A DNA stretch of 11,098 nucleotides from Candidatus Poribacteria bacterium. GTDB lineage: Bacteria > Poribacteria > WGA-4E > UBA9662. The notes beneath the pieces were generated by a model that saw only the letters and a list, made by a program, of their open reading frames with translations, was not told where the DNA came from and did not search any database. The stretch covers positions 1-11,098 of the forward strand of contig JAYZAL010000106.1 in the NCBI GenBank assembly GCA_036339735.1, read 5' to 3'. Shown here piece after piece: positions 5,923 through 11,098 of the stretch (positions are counted from its first letter, which is position 1; each line of letters opens with the position of its first letter). The position numbers were made by a program, and so were the translations under genes.

Positions 5923-8900
5923 TTGCGCCGAATGTTTTCTTCCTCACCCTATTCTTTGATTCATATTTGGTCAACATATATTATCACTGTATTTTGTGTC
6001 TTTTCACAATTAGAACTATCGGCAAAACCGGTTACAGATCTAGAACAAGTTACTGCACTAGCACTCAAATGCCAAAATTTGGGTTTGGCTTACCTAGAAG
6101 AATCCCAACCACAGAAAGCTGCCGAACAATTTGAGCAATTGATCAATCTATTACCAGAAGAAGCCATAGGATATGGTAACTTGGCCGTTGCACAACTGCG
6201 TCTTAAGCAATCTGATGAGGCTTGGACAACGATACAAAGGGGACTCAGAGTTAACCCAATGAATAGCCAACTTCACTTTATTTCGGCTGAGATTTTGCAA
6301 TTAAAAGGTAAATTCGAAAAAGCAACCATTGAAATTGAGGAAGCCGTCCGACTAAACCCGGAGGACCTAGAAGCTCGCTACCAATTAGTTCGACAACACC
6401 TCCGTATCAGAGGTGATGTAAGTGAACAGGAAAAAGCCATTGAGGGTTTAAAGGAAATACGTCTGCGAACACCAACGAACATTGTTGTCTTGATGAAGTT
6501 AGCTCAATTGGCAGCCACTCGAGGGGATATTGACTTAACAATGGAAACTGGCCAACAATTAAAAATTTTGCTAGCCGATATTCCTATTGATAAATTGCAA
6601 TTCCTTATCGATGGGCTAACAGCTATCCAAAATCAACAATTAAATAATCACCTACAAGTCGCCAACCGGAATTTGCGAATTTTCGAAAATATCAACAAAA
6701 ACACTCCCCGTTACCAGCAAGGTATTGCCGAATTGGATACCCCGATTTTAGGTCATCCTATCGAGGATTTTGAAACTGGTTTTCGTTCCCGCTTAGTTAC
6801 CAAAATAACTCCACCTATCTCCGTCCATTTCACAACCATTCAAAAACATTTCGAGAAACCTAAAACTAACAATATTCAGTTTGACTATGATCATGATGGA
6901 GATTTAGATGCCTTAGAACTCAATAGTGAAAAAATGAAAATGTGGCGTAACGATGGAGATGGCACATTTTCTGACGCATCCCAGACGACCTTTGGTCGGG
7001 ATTTTCAAATAGCGGCTACTGGTGGAACCTTTGCTGATTTCGACGATGATGGAGATGTAGATTTGATTACTATTGATCATACTACCTGTTATTTTTTTGA
7101 AAACCTACGTCAAGGTCGATTAAAAGCTGTAGTAATCGTTTCAGATCAACACCAGCTACAATCCATTGATGATGGGGATTATGATAATGATGGAGATATT
7201 GATCTGGTGATCACTTCACATCAGGCAATTCAAACCTACAAAAATCGAGGTGATGGCACTTTTGTGAGTGATCAAGTACTTCCTTTTTCCAATGGGTTGG
7301 ATTGTCATTTCGTAGATTACGATAACGATGGGTTTCTAGACCTTTGGATTCTTAATCCCACAAAGCATTCGATTTGGCGAAATAATGGTTATGGCCGGTT
7401 CAAGAACCAGCCTGGTTTATTACCGCCCAAGACTGAATATGGGGGATTTGGGCTAACTTCTGATTACGATAATGACGGAGATTTAGACTTAGTCCATTTC
7501 TTAGCCGACGATAAGAGCTACGTATTACAGAACGATGGGGGGAACCAAAACCAATGGTTACGAATTGAACTGGAAGCAATCGTCGAGGGTAATAATAAGA
7601 ATAATCTAAAAGGTATTGGTTCGAGATTAGAGGTCAAGGCTGGAAATCATTATCAATTGACCTACGTCGATCAACAGATCTCTCATTTTGGATTAGGCAA
7701 CAATAAATTGGTGGATGTCGCTCGGATCGTTTGGACGAATGGTGTACCACAAAATATTCTTCAACCTCGTAGTAACCAGAAAATCGTAGAAAAACAGGTA
7801 TTGAAAGGATCTTGTCCGTTTTTATATGTATACGACGGGGATGGCTTTAGATTCATCACTGATTTACTATGGAAAAGCCCACTTGGTATGATTACGTCAA
7901 TTGGTACAGTTGCGTCGTCTAAATCAGCTGATGATTATGTTCTAATTGGAGATAAGCTAAAACCCAAAGATGGTCAATACATTTTGAAAATTACCGAAGA
8001 ATTATGGGAAACAGCATATTTTGATCAGGTCAAACTTATCACCGTTGATCATCCAGCGAGTAACCAAATCTTTGTGGACGAAAAGTTTACACCAACACCC
8101 TATCCACCATTTGAAATTCATCCAGTCAAAATAGCTCGAAGGCCATTGAGCGCCATTGATCATAATAAAAACGATGTACTAAAAAAATTGAAAAAATTTG
8201 ATTACGATTATGCCGTTGAACATAAGCCTGGTCGCTTTCAGGGCGTAGTCGACGAGCATATCATTGAGCTTGATCTTGGTCCTACTAGTGATCAAACTCC
8301 AATTAAACTGTTTTTGACTGGCTGGATTTTTCCCACGGATACATCCATTAATGTCTCTATCTCGCAAAATCCCGCTATTAGTTCTACTTTTCCCTATCTG
8401 CAAGTAAAAGACCAGAAAGGCCAATGGCAAACGGTAATTAATCCAATTGGCATCCCTGCTGGTAAAAATAAAACTATGATTATAGATTTAACAGATAAGT
8501 TTCTATCGACCGATAGACGTGTAAGGATTATAAGCGATATGCAAGTCTACTGGGATCGAGCCTTTTTTACCATTGGGGACCAAGACTTTCCAATGGTTAT
8601 AACCGAACTCGAGGTTGAAACTGCCGACTTACAATACCTTGGTTTCCCTAAGATGTACCGGCCAACACCACATGGGCCACACTTATACGATTATAACCAA
8701 ATCGATCGAAACCAACGTTGGCGAGATATGGAAGGATTCTTTACCCGATATGGAGACGTAACTCAATTATTGAATAATCTAGATGATAAGTTAGTAGTGA
8801 TGAACGCGGGTGACGAGATAACGGTCAAATTCTCAAAAAGCAAACTACCTGATTTGCCGGCTGGATGGACGCGTTCATTTGTTTTATTTAGTGATGGTTG

Positions 8901-9063
8901 GGTTAAGGATGCAGATATAAATACCCTGGCTTCCCAGACTGTTGGCCCGTTACCTTACCACAATATGAAAGATTATCCACCGAAAGAATATCCAGAGCAC
9001 CTACTTCCGTATCAGCTTGAGTATAATAGTCGCCGTGTACGACACAAACTACCCCCATTTTAG
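5923..9063 (+). CDS. Probably exported multidomain protein: TPR repeats, FG-GAP/VCBS-like repeats, ASPIC/UnbV domain and an uncharacterised C-terminal region (about 1046 aa)
   Basis: Signal-peptide-like N-terminus. TPR-like helices ('NLGLAYLE...AAEQFEQLINLLPE', 'NLAVAQL', 'EEAVRLNPEDLEARYQL'). Five DxDxDGxxD loops (DYDHDGDLD, DFDDDGDVD, DYDNDGDID, DYDNDGFLD, DYDNDGDLD). UnbV/ASPIC signature 'NQWLRIEL...GIGSRLEV...HFGLG...RIVWTNG', then 'GSCPFLY'. AGGAG (5911-5915) 7 nt before an in-frame TTG (5923) favours this start over 5872; ATG 5932 is an alternative. Confidence 0.88.
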   Translation: MRRMFSSSPYSLIHIWSTYIITVFCVFSQLELSAKPVTDLEQVTALALKCQNLGLAYLEESQPQKAAEQFEQLINLLPEEAIGYGNLAVAQLRLKQSDEAWTTIQRGLRVNPMNSQLHFISAEILQLKGKFEKATIEIEEAVRLNPEDLEARYQLVRQHLRIRGDVSEQEKAIEGLKEIRLRTPTNIVVLMKLAQLAATRGDIDLTMETGQQLKILLADIPIDKLQFLIDGLTAIQNQQLNNHLQVANRNLRIFENINKNTPRYQQGIAELDTPILGHPIEDFETGFRSRLVTKITPPISVHFTTIQKHFEKPKTNNIQFDYDHDGDLDALELNSEKMKMWRNDGDGTFSDASQTTFGRDFQIAATGGTFADFDDDGDVDLITIDHTTCYFFENLRQGRLKAVVIVSDQHQLQSIDDGDYDNDGDIDLVITSHQAIQTYKNRGDGTFVSDQVLPFSNGLDCHFVDYDNDGFLDLWILNPTKHSIWRNNGYGRFKNQPGLLPPKTEYGGFGLTSDYDNDGDLDLVHFLADDKSYVLQNDGGNQNQWLRIELEAIVEGNNKNNLKGIGSRLEVKAGNHYQLTYVDQQISHFGLGNNKLVDVARIVWTNGVPQNILQPRSNQKIVEKQVLKGSCPFLYVYDGDGFRFITDLLWKSPLGMITSIGTVASSKSADDYVLIGDKLKPKDGQYILKITEELWETAYFDQVKLITVDHPASNQIFVDEKFTPTPYPPFEIHPVKIARRPLSAIDHNKNDVLKKLKKFDYDYAVEHKPGRFQGVVDEHIIELDLGPTSDQTPIKLFLTGWIFPTDTSINVSISQNPAISSTFPYLQVKDQKGQWQTVINPIGIPAGKNKTMIIDLTDKFLSTDRRVRIISDMQVYWDRAFFTIGDQDFPMVITELEVETADLQYLGFPKMYRPTPHGPHLYDYNQIDRNQRWRDMEGFFTRYGDVTQLLNNLDDKLVVMNAGDEITVKFSKSKLPDLPAGWTRSFVLFSDGWVKDADINTLASQTVGPLPYHNMKDYPPKEYPEHLLPYQLEYNSRRVRHKLPPF

Positions 9064-10712
9064 GGCCTAGTGATTTGGACTGTCTGGTTGACCAAAAAAT
9101 GATCCAGATTTTCGATGTCTCCATTTGGCCAACGTATTACAATTTGCTCGATTTGTTTGGCATTTCCGACGCCGAAATGTAGAGAAGTTTCGCTGTGGGA
9201 AAGATAACCAGTATTATTGCCGACCTCTTGGCATTGCTGATGTCGCCGTCCATCACTACTGATGGTTTGAATCGTGATACGTGTACCAGTAGCAATTCCT
9301 TGAATTATAAATCGGATCCAGTTTTGTCTATTACCACCCTCATTTCTCAGCAGGCAAGGCTTACCATTCGAGGTTGTCACTACCAAATCCAAATCACCGT
9401 CTAGGTCATAGTCAGCCACAGCGGCACCTCGACTAATAATTGGGTGTCCGAGGTCACCTAAATTTTGAGCGACCTCGGTTAAAGAACCATCTACAGCTTG
9501 ATGAAACATAAGATCAGATTGAGCGTAACTTCCATTTTGACCCAACTCAACTAGATTATCGTGTAGATGTCCATTTGCCACATACAGATCTTGATAACCG
9601 TTGTTATCGTAATCAAAAAAAAGTGTTGCCCAACCAAGATAAGGAAAAGTAACATGGCCAGTTTTTGAGGCTCTCGTAATATCGGAAAAAAATCCATCTC
9701 CGTCGTTTCGGTATAAAGTGTTGGTTTGATCAGCATAATTAGTTACCGTTAAGTCAAGCCAACCATCGTTGTTGATATCTCCAAACGCGGTGCCCATTCC
9801 ATTCTCGGGTGTTCCGTTTTCATTGACTGCTACACCCAACATAAAACTCACTTCTTCCAGAGTTCCATCTCCATTATTTCTATAAAAAAAATTTTCTGTC
9901 GAGTCATTAGCAATGTATAAGTCTGGATCTCCGTCATTGTCATAATCACCCCAAGTCAAACCAAGTCCTTTACCTGGTGGAGAAACATTAGCGATACCCG
10001 ATAATTGACTAACATCTTTAAAAGTTCCGTCTCCATTATTTTGATATAATAAATCTGGTACTCCTAGAAAACTATTAGGCTCGCAATAGGCCCGAATATT
10101 AGACTCTTTCAATCCACACCAAGGATTAGTTGCTAAATCAAATTCTATGTAGTTGACTACATATAGATCTAGATCACCATCTAGATCGTAGTCAACGAAC
10201 GCACAACTAGTTCCCCAATCAGAATTTAAAATACCCGCTACGAGTGTGGCATCAGTAAAAGTACCGTCTCCATTGTTACAATATAGCGTATCTGAACCAA
10301 AGTTAGTAACGTAAAGATCTAAATCTCCATCGTTATCGTAATCCCCAACGGCACAGCCATGGCCATAACCAGTATCCCCGACACCTGCATACATGGTGAC
10401 ATTGCTAAAAGTGCCATCTCCATTGTTCCGGTAGAGTTGATTGGCAGGTAGATCATCATCAGTCGGATAACCAGGCAAATGGGAACCATTGACAAAATAC
10501 AGATCGGGATAACTATCGTTGTTATAATCAAAAAAAGCAACCCCTGATCCCAAAGTTTCCATGAAGTACTTATTTCCACTTCGTCCGTCAACATGAAAAA
10601 ATTCTATCCCAGCTAAGTGAGTCACATCCGTAAAACGTACACTACTCTCTAAGCTCAGTAGTATGAAGAATAAAGAAATCGAAATATATCTAAAAAAATA
10701 CCAGTAAAACAA
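9060..10712 (-). CDS. CRTAC1-family protein (seven FG-GAP-type repeats plus C-terminal ASPIC/UnbV domain), 550 aa, probably exported
   Basis: Hydrophobic N-terminus followed by 'RFTDVT..AGI.F.H' and 'ETLGSGVAFFDYNND'. Seven D-rich loops (DYNNDSYPD, DYDNDGDLD, DYDLDGDLD, DYDNDGDPD, DINNDGWLD, DYDNNGYQD, DYDLDGDLD), repeated 'LYRNNGDGTF', 'SRGAAVADYD', and 'GYLSHSETSLHFGVG...IRWPNG'. TTG start with AGGA (complement of 10721-10724) 8 nt upstream. Confidence 0.93.
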   Translation of the reverse strand: MFYWYFFRYISISLFFILLSLESSVRFTDVTHLAGIEFFHVDGRSGNKYFMETLGSGVAFFDYNNDSYPDLYFVNGSHLPGYPTDDDLPANQLYRNNGDGTFSNVTMYAGVGDTGYGHGCAVGDYDNDGDLDLYVTNFGSDTLYCNNGDGTFTDATLVAGILNSDWGTSCAFVDYDLDGDLDLYVVNYIEFDLATNPWCGLKESNIRAYCEPNSFLGVPDLLYQNNGDGTFKDVSQLSGIANVSPPGKGLGLTWGDYDNDGDPDLYIANDSTENFFYRNNGDGTLEEVSFMLGVAVNENGTPENGMGTAFGDINNDGWLDLTVTNYADQTNTLYRNDGDGFFSDITRASKTGHVTFPYLGWATLFFDYDNNGYQDLYVANGHLHDNLVELGQNGSYAQSDLMFHQAVDGSLTEVAQNLGDLGHPIISRGAAVADYDLDGDLDLVVTTSNGKPCLLRNEGGNRQNWIRFIIQGIATGTRITIQTISSDGRRHQQCQEVGNNTGYLSHSETSLHFGVGNAKQIEQIVIRWPNGDIENLDHFLVNQTVQITRP

Positions 10713-10892
10713 TGAGTCAATCCTGATTTAGGTTATTTAATTTTCGGATTAGTCTTTTGAAAAAATAAAAATTGTACATAGTTGTTTTTAAATGGAATAT
10801 TTGCAACAAAAGAGGTCAGCTTTCATATTTTAGATAGAATAATGCATCCACAATTCAGCCTCTTTGCCGTATAACATCATACAAGTTTGTTC

Positions 10893-10922
10893 GAAAACTT
10901 ATTAAATTCACAATAAGTTTTC
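10893..10922. promoter_or_regulatory. Perfect 11-bp inverted repeat GAAAACTTATT-N8-AATAAGTTTTC in the divergent intergenic region (candidate operator)
   Basis: Arms at 10893-10903 and 10912-10922 are exact reverse complements. Confidence 0.5.
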
Positions 10923-11034
10923 CACTTTTGATAGATATATTTTTGCTGACTTCTTAGTCTATGTGGTTAGTAAGAAATTAGTTGCTTATGTACTATTAAT
11001 CTTATAGGAAGTCGAAAAAAATAAAAAGGAAGAT

Positions 11035-11098
11035 ATGATGTTAACTAATAAGGTGATTATTTTGATTGTTTTTGCATTGGCCGTTGTTTTCAACCTAC
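11035..11098 (+). CDS. 5' end of a probable exported or membrane protein, running off the right edge
   Basis: AAAGGA (11025-11030) precedes ATG ATG (11035 and 11038). Translation MMLTNKVIILIVFALAVVFNL has a Lys followed by a hydrophobic core, like a signal peptide. Only 21 codons are visible. Confidence 0.65.
   Translation, partial: MMLTNKVIILIVFALAVVFNL

Noticed and set aside
6880..10530. Recurring nucleotide motifs such as GATTACGATAA(C/T)GA and (A/G)TCTCCATT, considered as a DNA repeat array or CRISPR
   Set aside because: They are the codons of FG-GAP protein repeats (DYDNDGD, NNGDGT), degenerate at third positions, irregularly spaced and inside coding sequence.
8179..10594. Short ORFs 8179-8430, 8903-9124, 9195-9404, 9551-9736 and 10319-10594
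   Set aside because: Alternative-frame or antisense ORFs within the two FG-GAP genes with no independent support.
5923..10712. Enediyne biosynthetic cluster, suggested by the UnbV-like domains
   Set aside because: No enediyne PKS, thioesterase or other cassette genes are in the window, and ASPIC/UnbV proteins are common outside such clusters.
10945..10982. Imperfect hairpin GCTGAC-TTCTTA...TAAGAA-ATTAGT upstream of the last gene
   Set aside because: Weak and AU-rich, with no U-tract, and upstream of the candidate -10, so probably not transcribed with that gene.

Overview
AT-rich bacterial chromosomal window with no mobile element, CRISPR array, rRNA or tRNA detected. From left to right it holds six coding regions. 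(1) The 5' part of a minus-strand PhyH-like Fe(II)/2-oxoglutarate oxygenase gene, missing from the ORF track, whose first metal-ligand motif reads H-S-G instead of H-x-D. (2) A divergently transcribed tricorn protease (S41 family), with a probable TTG start at 772 behind a TTGACC-17-TATAAT promoter and a ~100-nt imperfect hairpin after it. (3) A stand-alone lipoprotein with a CsgG/FlgO/LpoB-like signature, a perfect sigma70 promoter and an intrinsic terminator. (4) A large, probably exported TPR + FG-GAP + ASPIC/UnbV protein with a ~418-aa C-terminal region starting 'GSCP' whose function I cannot name. (5) A convergent CRTAC1-family (FG-GAP/ASPIC-UnbV) gene whose stop codon overlaps that of gene 4. 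(6) The first ~21 codons of another probably exported protein. The gene mix resembles Poribacteria or Planctomycetota/Acidobacteriota-type genomes (inference only). The best leads are the HxG halogenase-like oxygenase, the paired ASPIC/UnbV proteins with the unexplained C-terminal region, and the long intergenic hairpin. None amounts to a demonstrated new system from this window alone.
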